Origin: Gonapodya sp. JEL0774
Lineage: Eukaryota
Assembly (NCBI GenBank): GCA_027604505.1
Contig: JADIIX010000131.1
Coordinates: 1 to 64,000 of the forward strand
Direction of reading: 5' to 3'
DNA: 64,000 bases
This document shows, piece after piece, positions 26,601 to 38,809 of the stretch. Within the stretch, counting starts at the first letter, position 1. The number at the start of each line of letters is the position of its first letter. Position numbers and translations under genes: made by a program. Below the pieces are notes generated by a model. That model saw only the letters and a program-made list of their open reading frames with translations, was not told where the DNA came from and did no database searches.

Positions 26601-28577
26601 ATTTTTGCCGGTGAGGTCTGACTCCTCGAGTCATGGTTTTTCTCAGCTCAGTTGTCCGCAAAGGTCTGCATGAGTTTTGTAACCTCTTACCCTAAAATAG
26701 AGTTGTTTTGTCGTTATCACAGACTAATTTGTTGTTGCTTTGAGACAAGGACCACGTCAGGGTTCTCACGCCACGAGCCCAATTGTTGCACACTATAAAG
26801 AAGCAGTTGCGGTGGCTTTCTTGACGTGTCCCAAACTGCACCGAAACGTATTTCAGCGCAGTCGTTACCGGAACAAAAGCTCGTATCTCGATGCCGATTC
26901 TTTTGTTTACCTCTCCATTTCTCTGCTGAGTCTGTGTCTACGTCTGCAATGACCAGCGGTAGCTCTTTGCAAGTGTCATCACATACAGACATTTGCTCTT
27001 GCACAGGCTTCATCTTCCTCGTGTACTTTTCTTCCAGTGATAGCGACAGAAGTATGTCCTTGTGTCGACTTTGCGAAGCCGATTCCCCCCACTTGTTCAA
27101 ACTCATTCAATCACAGCATCGCCAATGCAGCAGCAAATGTATGTATCAACGCCCTGCTATCATTGCAATTGTGCTGACATCTGAGTTTGCTTGACTTCTA
27201 TACTGCAAAACCGGACATTCCACTCTTGGTTCCATGGCTCTTTGACACGCTTGAGACCATCAAAGAGACCGCAAAATTTGGTGCAGTTCGGTTTCATGAA
27301 AGGTTCATGGGTCTCACGTGAGTTTTCCGTCAGTGATCTGAACTGAGGCTCAACGGACTTTTCATATGAAACGGAACTGCACATTCCATTTTCAGGCTCT
27401 GGCCTGTCTGACCAATTAATCTACTGGTTTGCAGGCACATCAATGAAAACCTTTATGGTAAAGATAACGTCTCAACAGCCTCTACTACGGTGAATTGCGA
27501 GGAGGGAGGACTGACGTCACTCCATGTGACCAAGCGCGCTGGAAAAGTGCGTACTGCATGCATTCATACGAAAATCTGCTGTACCTGTATGTATTTGACG
27601 ATTGACGCTTTTTCAAATGTTCCCTTGTGGCAACATTTGGTGTGATGAGCAACTGCCGTTGCTGTTTGAAGCCAACTTGGACAAGGAGGTGAGTGAGACC
27701 TGCGGAGGCTTGACTCGGACAAGGAGTCGTGAAGGGCCGTACGATGAAAATTGAAAAGCGGAGAGATCAAGGTCCGGTCATGTGTTTGTATGAGATGGGT
27801 GGTGTCCTGTGGGTCATGGTGTGGGGAGAAACAAAAGATCGATGCATACTGTAGTTTGAACAAATCACACAAGGTCCATTCATCCCAGCACAACAAGAAC
27901 AACAAAGACATTTTTCGATTCACTGGCGGCAAAGGAAAAAATTTGTGTTATTATTCCCGTCTCGTCACACTCTGGACGAGTTGGTGCGCAAATTTCGACG
28001 CAGCGTGTCAAAACTGCAAAGGCATGAGTAGTTGTCGCCCGCCACCATCGCCCGTCGGCGATCCGGCCCCCCAGACTCCCCCCAGGAACCGTCGGCGCTG
28101 CACACACAACACACACGCACATGTACAAATACACACGTATACTCGTTTTTCAACTTCTCGGTGTTTGTGTTGGGGTCGGGGGGGTTGGGGTGCGTTCTGT
28201 TACCACTCAACAACAAACAAACCTGCCCCCCCCCCCCCCCTCCCTTCCCCTGCCCACGAGCCCACGAATTGCGAACAAAAACAAAAAAACGTTTCGTTTG
28301 TTGTATGTGCTTTGATTGTTTCCCCACACGCACCCACTGGGGCCCCGAGTAACTCCCCCCCCCGCCCACCACAATACAGAATACACAGCGGTGCATGTAT
28401 GCGATGCCCAACACTTGTACCACTCGCCACAACAACACGCACGGACCAAACCACCAAACCACCACCATCACACCACACCCAACCACACCTCCCACATACG
28501 CCCCTACGCCCTTCCCCCCTTCCCCGCTGCCCCCCCCTCACTCTCCCCACTCTCACGAAACGAGGGCAAGGTGTGAT

Positions 28578-30007
28578 TTAGGAGGATTGGGGAGATGGGT
28601 TCATCTGCAGGTGGAGCGGGGGAGCGGGGAGACGGGGAAAAGGTGTGAGACGGGGAAGAAAAGGGGCATGGGTCAGCGAATCGGTGAGTGGAGTGGGGGG
28701 GGCACACCACGAGGCGGACGGCGGGGGGCGGGGACCCCGTAGGGCACGCAAACGCACAAAGCCCACCACGACCCACGACGGCAGGCCGAGGGCGAGTGGG
28801 AGTGGGAGTGGGTGTGCGGGGGGCTCTCACTCTCTCTCGCTCTCTCTCCGTTCCCTTCCCGTTGGTTGGCACGCACGAGTGAGGAGGCCTCCTTCTCTTG
28901 TCCATCTCCCACGCCAAACCACAAACCGTTCAGGAGGCGGCATTTTTGTCCATGTCCCATCTTCCTCTTCCCGCGACCCATGTCGCATGTCCCACCCACC
29001 ACCCAACAAACCAACAAAACACCCCGGCCACACCACACCCATACCACACCACAACACACAAAAGAACAAAAAAAAAAACTCACCCTCCGCTTGCCGCCGA
29101 CCAGGGTCACGTTGACGAACCGGCGGGTGTACAAGAGTCTCTTCTTCGCGCGGCCTGGGTTGGGAAAAGAGGTGGGGGGCGGGAAGTGAGTGAGCACGTG
29201 GGACGGATAACCAAAGGGATGATGGGTGCAGATCCCTCCGTTGTGTGGGTTGGGTGCTCTGTGTTGGGTCCTGATTCAAGTCCGAATGGAGTGTCTGGCA
29301 CAGGCCTGTACTGTACAGGCTGGATGGTGTGCGTCCCAGTCCCAACCTCCAACCACCCAACCCACCCACTTGAACCAAACCTCTGATTTCCACAAACCAG
29401 TCGCATAAGGGAACATGGGCCCCGCCTCCTTCACTGGCGTGGCATGTGATGACCTCGCGTCGTGCGACTTTTCCAACATCACACCCCCCATCAAAGTGGC
29501 GGTCCAGTCCAGTCCACCAGGAACGAGCAGAGTGGTGGCAGGACTGGTCTGGGTCGCCAGTCTGTCGGTGCCAGCACCGCGAGTCAACTCACCCCGGGGC
29601 TTCTTCTTCTTTTCCTGCTTCTCGGCCTTTGGGGTTTGGCCCTTGACCTTACCGGCACGGGCGAGTGAACCGTGAACTTTACCCTAGATGGATGGATGTG
29701 GGGGATGGAAGAGAAGGGGGAAGGAGAAGGGGGAGTCAGCGGGGATAGAGACGATGGGGAAGGGGCGAGAGGGCAGAGAGGGCAGAGAGGGGAGAGTCGG
29801 GTGTGGGAGTGAGAGGTGTGTGGAGTCTTTTGCTGTCGTGTTGTCGTTGTGTCCCCTTGAGCCAATGCCCTCTCTGTCCCCTTCTCCATCCCCTGGGTCT
29901 GTCCCTGCCTTCCCCGCCCTTCCCCGCCTCCCCCCGTCCTCCCTCCAGTCCGCGTCCGCGTCCGCAGGTGCGTCTGTGGTCTGTGGCTGTGCAGGTCCAC
30001 TCACCAT
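28578..30007 (-). CDS. RPS30: 40S ribosomal protein S30 (eS30), no ubiquitin-like fusion
   Basis: Exons 30007-30005, 29683-29593, 29154-29084 and 28604-28578 give [63 protein letters not shown]. Confidence 0.97.
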
Positions 30008-30386
30008 GCTGATGCTGTTGTCCGATGCGCTCGATGGATGTGTCCAACACGGGGGGCTGCGGGGTCACCTGACTCCCTGCACCCTGCACCCTGCACCCGC
30101 CCACCATCCACTGCTGTGGTCATTCCCCCACTCATACAAGCAATCTGCTTCACTCATTCACTCGGCAAAACAATCTGCACACATCAAACAAACAAAACAA
30201 CTAAAATTCATGTGTTCATGGATCCCTGGCTTGGCTATGCATCCCGTGTGTGTGTGTGTGTTGAGTGTGCGTGTGTGTGTGCACTCTATATATACCTGCT
30301 CTGTCTCTCTCCCCCCACTCCCCCCACTCCCTCCACCACCACACCGCCTGCCCCCTCTCTCCACCCCACTCCCCCCTCTACCCCAT

Positions 30387-32883
30387 CTACCCCATCCCCC
30401 CTCCCACTCCCCACCACACAACTCCCACAACTCCCACCACGGTCACTCCCACACTCACAATCACCACACTCCGCTCTAACGCACTGTACCCTCCTCCTCC
30501 CTTTACCCTCCCCTTCCCCTTCCCTCCTTCCCCGCTCACGGCTCCATCTCCAACGCTGTCCCGCACCGCTTTCCGCACAAGCACCACCAGGGAAACAACA
30601 GTGGCTGGTATCATCGCCACAGTGAGGAAGCTCAATATGGGGGGGACTGTGGGCGGGTGGGACGGTACGAGTGGCGGGTCGAGTGAGGGGTCAAGCGTGG
30701 GTGCAACCGTCCGTGACGCCATCCACAAGGGGGGTTGGGGTCAGCGTGGTGCAACCGTCCGTGACGCCATCCACAAGGGGGGTTGCGGTCAGCGTGGTGC
30801 AACCGTCCGTGACGCCATCCACAAGGGGGGTTGCGGTCAGCGTGGTGCAACCATCCGTGCCGCCATCCACAACCTCTCTCCACCCTCCACCCCACCCCNN
30901 NNNNNNNNGGGTGGGTTGTTCCCCCCTCCCCGTGGGTGGTTCTTCTTTGGTTTTTTGGTTTGGGTGTGGGGGGGGGGGGGGGGGGGCGGGCGGTTGTGAG
31001 TGTGGGGTGCGGGGTGTGCACAGGTTGGTTCGTGTTGGTAATAGTGGCACGCGTGCGCACAACCATCGCTACCCCCCTCCTCCCTCCGCTACCCCCCTCC
31101 TCCCTCCGCATCCCAACACCCGAAGAACCCACCGTATCCACCCCCACCGACGTCAAACTCAATATATAATTGAGCACAGAAAAGGGGATCAGAGGGGTCA
31201 GGCGGAGGAGGAGGAGGGAGGTGAAGGCTTGGTCGCGGGGCGGGTGGGGGGTGGTACATATGTACACCGACACGATATGCGGCGGACAAGAGACACGATA
31301 AGCCACCACCCCCAGTCACACACCCCCCACCCCCCCAGCCCTCCCCCCTCCCCAACACCACCCCGTGGGCTCACCGTTCTCCGTCACGGCCCTATCCACC
31401 GCCAAAAACTGCAGATACCGCTTTTTCCGCCGGGCGCGCGCCCGCTCAGTGGGAGTGAGAGTGGGAGTGGGAGAGGCGGCGGCGGCGAGGGGGGAGGATG
31501 ATGGGGAGGGGGAGGGAGGGTAGTGTGTGCGCGTTGTGGAGGTCGTAGTGGAGGTTGAGGTGGAGGTGGTGGTGGAGGTGGAGCTAGCCGTCCCTGTCCC
31601 CGTCCCTGTGCCTGTGCCGCTGCTCATGGAGAGTATGGGCGCGTCCGTGTCCGCGTCCGTGTCCGCGTCTGTGTCCGTGTCCTCATCAGACCCGGCGTCG
31701 AACGCGGAACCGGAGCCGTCACCAGAACCAGAACTTGAACCTGAACCTGAACCGAAACCACCTTCAACGTCTCTGTCCACGTCCACGTCTGCGTCCCTTA
31801 CCGCGGTCTCGGTACTCCCAATCCCGCTGCCCGCGCTCTCCCCCTCCCCCTCCCCCGCTTCCCCTCCCGCTCTTCCAAACTCCTCCACGCCCATCACCCG
31901 GAGCACCCACCCCCTCACCACCCACCGGCCCACCACCAGGCCAACCACGCTGGCCACAGTGGTGGACACAACGTTGACAGCAACGGCGAGCCAGAGGGGG
32001 CGAAAAAAGGCGCCCGCGGCGATGTTGAGGGGGGAGATGGGGAGCACTGGGGGGTGGCGGGGGGGTAAGTTGTGTGGGTGAGAAAAGGCGGTGGTGGGGT
32101 GGGGAAGGGGAGAGCAAGAACGAAAGATGACCCACTGAATACGCTGGATGCGGTGACGATGAGCGTGAAGAGGAGGAATGACGATACGAGGTTCATGTCG
32201 GCGAAGGGGAGGGTCGTGCTGGCCGGTGGAGGAGGAGTTTGCGGGAGGGGCGGACTCGCGACCGCGTCGTCGTCGTGGTCCGCAGAAGGCGATTCAAGTT
32301 CATCATCATCACTGCCCGCGGTGGTGGTGGACGTGGTGGTGCTCGCAGTGGTGGAGGTGGTGGCTGTGGAGACCTTCCAGCTGCCTGCCCACCCCGTCCC
32401 GTCCTTGGTGTCCACCGGTGAAAGTACTCCCTTTGCCGTCCCGGCCCCGTTCCCATCGTCCATGGACCCGTGCCCTCCACCTCCACCGGCCTGCTTGGCT
32501 CCAAACCCCTTGAGACTCACCGGCACCCCACCCCGCCAGTCTCCAGTCGTCTGGTACGAGTAGAGTGCCAGGACCGACAGCACCGTCACCCCGCACAGAA
32601 CCCACACGGGGATCACAAGGGTCCGGCTCCGACGCGATCCCCATCCCCAGCCCCAGCCAAGGTTGAGCGATAGGGAGCGCCCAGGGTGGGGGAGGGGGAG
32701 GTATCGGCGGCGGATCGAGACGAAGCGGGTCAGGGGTAGGCAGAAACAGCCGGCCACAAGGTTGGGCGAGCCGGGGGAGGGGGCGAAGGAAACGCGGCGT
32801 TTTATGGGGGTAGATGGGGTGAGGGGTTTGGATGATGTGGGGATGGCAGGTCCTGGTGATGATTCGGGCATTCCTCCGTGCAT
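30387..32883 (-). CDS. TVP38/TMEM64 (SNARE-associated, VTT/DedA family) membrane protein
   Basis: Motifs LPISPLNIAAGAFF, AVDRAVTENG and LLLRLTPLIPFSVLNYILSLTSV; multiple TM segments. An assembly gap lies inside an intron. Confidence 0.8.
30694..30870. repeat. 48-bp tandem repeat, ~3.7 copies (intronic), next to the N-gap
   Basis: Unit agcgtggtgcaaccgtccgtgacgccatccacaaggggggttgcggtc. Confidence 0.9.
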
Positions 32884-33117
32884 CACATGAAGAATGTTGG
32901 TGGTTCTGGTGTGGGGTCGGTTGCTCACGTACCCATCATCACCACACCGCAACCGACAGACCAACCAACTCGCTCGCGATTACATAACAACCGCACTTAT
33001 TCACGCACACCACAACAAAATTACGAGAGAACCCCCAAGACAAGTTGTGATTGGATTTTCGAGAAATTACAATCTGACGAATCAAACAGCAAACGCCTCT
33101 CAATCTCAAACATCATT

Positions 33118-35446
33118 TCAAGCCGTAGCAACGGCAGCCTTCTCCCAGGTCTGCGCTTCGCCAACGCCGTGGAACAGGAACGGCAAGGGCGAAGTCTTGG
33201 CGTGCTCGTCAGCGAGTGGCTTGATCCCACACATGACGTCTTCGAGCTTGACCAGCTGCTCCACCTTGATGCCGGCTCCAACATCCGCGACAGGACCTTC
33301 GCGAACGTAGTCAGACTAGAACACATGTGGAACAAGGGCTCAGTATCGTTCCACCACGCAAGAGTGCGAGGTGCTCGCTCCGACGCACGACACGACACTC
33401 ACCGTGTACTTGAGACCACGCTCCGCCCAAATCGTGCAGAGCGCCTCAACCAACTCGTCCATCATCTCCGGAGTGTGACCCGGGGTGGGGGTGATGCGAA
33501 GGCGCTCCTCACCCCTGGGGACAGTGGGGTAGTTGATACTCTGGACGTAGATGCCGAATCTCACGAGAAGCTCATCCGAGACCTGCTTGGCATCTTCTGC
33601 GTTCCCAACGAGCACAGGGACGATGTGACTTGGGTTGGGAATAACAGGAATATCGCGCTCCTCGAGGTGCTTCTTGAGCTCGCGCACATTGAGCTGCTGA
33701 CCCGCACGCTCAACCTGAGAAACTTTGAGGTGACGGACAGAGTGGAGGCAACCCGCGACCGTCGCCGGTGGAAGAGAGGTCGTGAAAATAAAGCCGGGGG
33801 CGTAAGAGCGCACCATGTCCACGAGCCTCGCCGAGCTATTGGATGCACCAAAGAGAACGCACGCACGCATTAGAAGCATCCCTTCCAACAAATTGCAGTG
33901 TTCCACTATACTCACGCAGCAATGTAGCCACCAACGACACCATAAGCCTTAGCAAGAGTCCCCGTAATAATATCAACACGGTGCATCTGATTGATGTACT
34001 CCGCCACACCCGCACCATGCTCCCCATACATTCCCACCGCGTGAACCTCGTCCAAGAACGTGATGGCACCATACTTTTCGGCAAGGTCGCATATCTCCTT
34101 AATCGGACCAAGGGAACCGCACATAGAATAAACTGTTGGGAAAATTTTTGTGGCAGGATGAGTGCCATGGATAAAAGAAATTAGGAAGGCTATCAATCAG
34201 ACAATCACCAGACTCAAATGCAATCAATTTAGGAGTCTCCTTCGGAATGGACTTGAGCAATTCCTCCAAGTGCTCCAAGTCATTGTGCCTAAAAATCATC
34301 TTCTTCGCCCCAGAGTGTTTGATCCCGTCAATCATAGAAGCATGGTTCTTCGCGTCCGATAGAATAACGCAACCAGGAAGCTTTCCACACACGGTTGTAA
34401 GAGTAGCATCGTTTGCCACAAAACACGATGAGAAGACGAGCGCTGATTCCTTTCCGTGCAGAGATGCAAGTTCCGCCTCCAGGCTGAGGTGAAGCTGAGC
34501 GTTGCCAGCAATGTTACGAGTACCACCGGCTCCAGCACCATAAGTGTCAAGGGTGTGCCTAGTTTGTTGAAAAGTTGATGTGTAATCAGTCACGACTCAT
34601 TGTGCATTTGGGAGTGGATGCCTAGATCTCACTTCATGGTCTCCAGAACAGGCTTGTTCCGACCCATACCCAAATAATCGTTGCTGCACCACACGTTAAC
34701 GAGATCTCCTTTGCCAGTGTGGGCAACGGGGAACTTGGCCGCAAGCCGGTTGATGCTGAGACACATAGTATGCAACAGAGTCGCGCGTTTCAAATGGCGG
34801 GCAGCAAACACCGCAAAATCGCCAGTACTCACTTGTTAAAGTACCTGTACGACTTGTCTTTGTGCTTCTTGTCCAGCTCTTGAGTGTAGAAAGCCTCGTA
34901 GTTGAAGACTCCGTTTTGGACAAGCTTGCCCTGCTCATGCTCAACAGTTGCATGCTTGTGGCTGTCGGAGTGCTTAACGTGCGGCTGAGAGTGTCCGTGG
35001 TGCGAATGCGCGGCAGAGACTGCCTCGGGCCGGTGGACCGCTGCACCTGTCACAATGGCCCGACGAGTCACCACCCGAAAATTTGTCTCCCACTGGTTCA
35101 TGTACAACTCACTCATCGAGTGCGGAACGGCTGTCGCCTTAAGCGGCATGGTCTCATGTGGAAATGGACACTTGCCAGAGGCAGAGAAAGGGCGCTTCTG
35201 GCCCTCGGAAGCGGTTGCAGAGGGCGCTGAGCTGACACCCTTGGACTCGAGAGCAGGGCCCATGATGGGGCATTTCGTGGCATGAGCCAGCAGCACCGAG
35301 CTGTTACGTGCAGTTCCGGCAGTCGTGGAGATGGAGCGCACGACAGGGCGCGACGATGGCATTGCTGCCAGAGTCCGCAGGGTCTGGGCAGGGGTCTGCT
35401 TGAGGAAGGGGCAGAGAGACTTTCCAGCGAGGGCAATCTGCTCCAT
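33118..35446 (-). CDS. HEM1: 5-aminolevulinate synthase, mitochondrial
   Basis: Motifs [48 protein letters not shown] (PLP lysine), [12 protein letters not shown] and [22 protein letters not shown]-terminal CP heme-regulatory motifs LCPF, KCPI and KCPF. Confidence 0.97.
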
Positions 35447-35854
35447 TGATGCAAATTCTGTGCAAATTTGATGGAGAGTGGCAAGGAGAAGAAGGCACTG
35501 GGTCAGGTGGGGCTTCGAAAAGTTCGGAACCTCGATCTTGCATCGGCTGGAGACAAGGTGGACAGGCTCCAACATCCGGGGATTCCGGAATATGGGACAG
35601 GCCGACATCGCGCTGTTCATCTACGTACCTTTGATAAGTAGAAGGAAACGAGTGTGGTCTCACCAAAGTGTGTGCGGTGATCTGTGTGACAACAGCCGCT
35701 CCGAAGAAAAAATGACCATAAGGGGCTTGGGTCAAGCCGTCACAGCCCCCCAACAATTATTTGTGCGTTCACCACAAGTAGTTCTCGAAATCGTATCGTA
35801 CGAAATGTATGTTGCAGAATGGGTAAAACTAGGTGATTCTACTGTTCATTTTTC

Positions 35855-38202
35855 TCAGGAATGGCGTGCGACCACTCCTCGGAGCCCCCCATTTGTCCTT
35901 TCCCACTCTCGCCGAAGCTAACACAACGGCAAAAGGTTCCCGAAATTGACAAAAGTTCCGTGAAAAGGAATATAAATAGAAGTAAAATATTTGTGACTGA
36001 GTTCACTCACATGAGCCATCCCCGAATCCACGAGCAAGACGACCTGGGCGACCCCAACCACGAGCGTCGCAGCGTAGAGGTAATTTGAGTTTGCTCGACC
36101 CTGGTAGATCCACAAGAAGTGGAATGTCGGGGGTAGCATCAAACATACGGGGGTCACAAAGAGCAGGGTGACCGTTTGCCGCATGTCTGAAATGTGGAGA
36201 GTTTGTGCAAAATGCCGACACAAAAAGTGATAGGGATCAAAGAAGCCACGGTCCAATAGCGGTAAACGTTGAGTATGTCAGAAACTCCATGGTGACGACC
36301 CACATTTCATCACCTCAGGATGCAAGCTGAAGAGAGACAGATAGAGCACCATGTCCAGTACGGACGGGTACGACTTTGTAATCGCCATTATCAGCGATAG
36401 AATGTACGCAGCAAAGAGAGGATGCGTCCTACATGAACACAAAACAATGAAGGCGTCAGGGAGATGGCACATTCAGTTAAATTCGGAAATCCTGTTTGAA
36501 GACAATCACTGACTTCATGCGAACAGCAACTGGTACACCAAACACAACAACAAGCAGGTTGAAAACCCCCACAAAGAACGTTCGGAATTCGTCAAAAATT
36601 TCAATGTTAAAGTACCACCAGAGTCCAACGTTTGGGGAAAGGTCCGGCGCGGAAAGTCTTTGCATCGACACATCATTTGATTACGGTAAGACACTTGGTG
36701 CAATTTAAAAGATGGACTCCGTACCCTCACATGACACCATAGGTTGATCCGAGGAATTCCCACGAGCGGCCCATGAGCTCGTACGAGAGGTAAATGAGAA
36801 TCACGAGAAATGTGACGAGAAGCACACCACAATTTACGAAGATTGGGAGCTGCGGAGCCCACGTTGACATTATGACGAATCTGCCATGAGTCCGGGGAAC
36901 ACAGACGAGTACACACCTTGGGGTTCACACCGGCCAGTAGGAGTACACACGGGCCAAGCAACACGATGGGGTAGAGCGAGAGGTAGGTCGCGAACGACAG
37001 GAAGAGCATCGAGAGCGACCGCTTGCCTGTTGGACAGCGTGGTTACCTTACGAAATCACAAAATCCGACACCCTCACAGAAATGAGGGCTTCCGCAGATA
37101 GCAATTTCACCTACCCTTGACCGAAAAATACAACGCACCGACAACTGCGGCGTTTGCGAACACGGCCGACGACCTTCCCACGCATCCTGCTATTGCAAGT
37201 GGATTCAAGGAGTGAAGGGCTGCAACGAGCTCCGGAAACGACTCCTCATCAATTGGACGAGTTGGGTCCAGCGGGAGCTCCTTGGCGGGAAAACGGTGTG
37301 TGGTCCCTTGAAAGAGGTCGTCCTCGGAACCAGTTGATCCCAAGTCTTTGAACAGGGGAACACCCTGTGTGGAGTCTAGTTTTGTGCGGGGCTCGCGATT
37401 GTGGCTCAGCTCAGTGTTTCGTTGCGACAACTTGGGATCGGAGCGGTCGTTAGTTGTTCCGTCGAGAGCAAGCTCGGCCCACACGGGGGGGCCTCGAGGT
37501 TCCCAGCGCTCGGACTTTTGTAAAATGAGCTTGTATCGGGCCATGCGGAGAAGGGCGAGAGAGGTTAGTGCGTCGGTGCCGGAGAAGAGAAGGGGGGAAA
37601 CGATGGAAGGGAACTTGGAGAGGACATGGAAAACTAGAAGGAGGAAGGGGGCCTAAACAGGGCAACGCTGCTTGGAGAGGTGCATTTCAATTAACGTACG
37701 GTAGAGAAATCGCTTACCTGGTGGAATATCCCTCCATCATACGGGGAGATTCCATGCTCAAAGAGGAAGACACCCTCCTTGACTTCCGGACCCAGAGGCA
37801 TTAAAGATTTTCATTCACGTAAAACGAAAGTAGCACGCAATAAGTTTCATGGTAGAGAGGAGAATTTTCGGCACGCGAGTAGATATCGGTCTCACGTCTT
37901 TTAAAGCTGGTTACCGGTGTCGCTATCTCGAATCTCTCCTCAAGAATGTCGGACAGGCCAGTGAACAGGAAAATGAACATCCTGAAAATAAATCCGGCAT
38001 GGATCGCGTATTTGAGGTAGGGCAGAAGGAATAGGGAAGTTGGGGGTACAATGTGGGGGTTTGGGATGGCAGGCCGAGAGTTCGCTGGATCCGGACGTCG
38101 CGGAGCAGAAGCGAGTTGTGAAACGAGAGACGACAAGGATACAGAGCCTCGTTGGGGATGAAGACTGGACCCTGGCTTGTTCAAACGTCCGTTCGGGAAC
38201 AT
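35855..38202 (-). CDS. GAB1: GPI transamidase subunit PIG-U/Gab1
   Basis: Motifs RFEIATPVTSFKR, LNPLAIAGCVGRSS, ATYLSLYP, DLSPNVGLWWYFNIEIFDEFR, KSYPSVLD and LWIYQGRANSNYLYAATL. Start approximate. Confidence 0.9.
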
Positions 38203-38809
38203 TAGCAGCAGGTGTGGGGGTTGTCTTATTTGGGTATGAAACCGATGAGACAATTTCTTTGTTCCCTGCTGGTTCAAATACAACCCCAACAACGGGCATC
38301 TTCGAGCATGCAGATGAGTCAAGAGAATCATAAAAGTAACTTTGAGGGCCCACACAGCTCAAACCAATTCAGGATTAGAAATGACATGCAGGTGATATGG
38401 CAGATATATGGCAGAGATGGGGAAAGGGGTCAGGAAATAGTTCGTTACTCAAAATACTTTGCAGACATTTGCAGTGGCTGAAAGAGTCTGGAAACAATTC
38501 AGATTTGTTTAGATGATCAAAGGATGAAAGACCAGAGATTCGATGTGTGGCGCAGTCTGAGATGGACTTGGTTGAAAAGCAGAGCATTCCCAGACCAAAT
38601 CACCGGACCCGGACGCCAGCGCTCAGCTCACAGCGTTCACGTGCCGAAATCCGCTGTCTCGTACCAAGTTGGACGATTTCGTGGAACAGCAGCCCCGAAT
38701 CAACGCCTGCGACGCTGTCTGATCTGCGACGCCCCCTCCACCCTCCTCTCATCTCAGACAGAGGTCTACCCATCCACCTTCGCAAACTCCAAAAAACAAA
38801 CACTGGTTC

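Noticed and set aside
30694..30870. 48-bp repeats as a CRISPR array
   Set aside because: Head-to-tail units with no unique spacers, in a eukaryotic intron with no cas genes.
27751..31501. Numerous long Pro/His/Gly-rich ORFs
   Set aside because: Artefacts of stop-poor C/G low-complexity introns and flanks of RPS30 and TVP38.
32878..33873. 331-aa plus-strand ORF
   Set aside because: Antisense shadow of HEM1 exons with no independent motif.
35447..35620. 58-aa in-frame N-terminal extension of HEM1 with an extra CP motif
   Set aside because: It lies almost entirely between a GTACGT donor (~35628) and a CAG acceptor (~35459), so it is most likely a 5'UTR intron.
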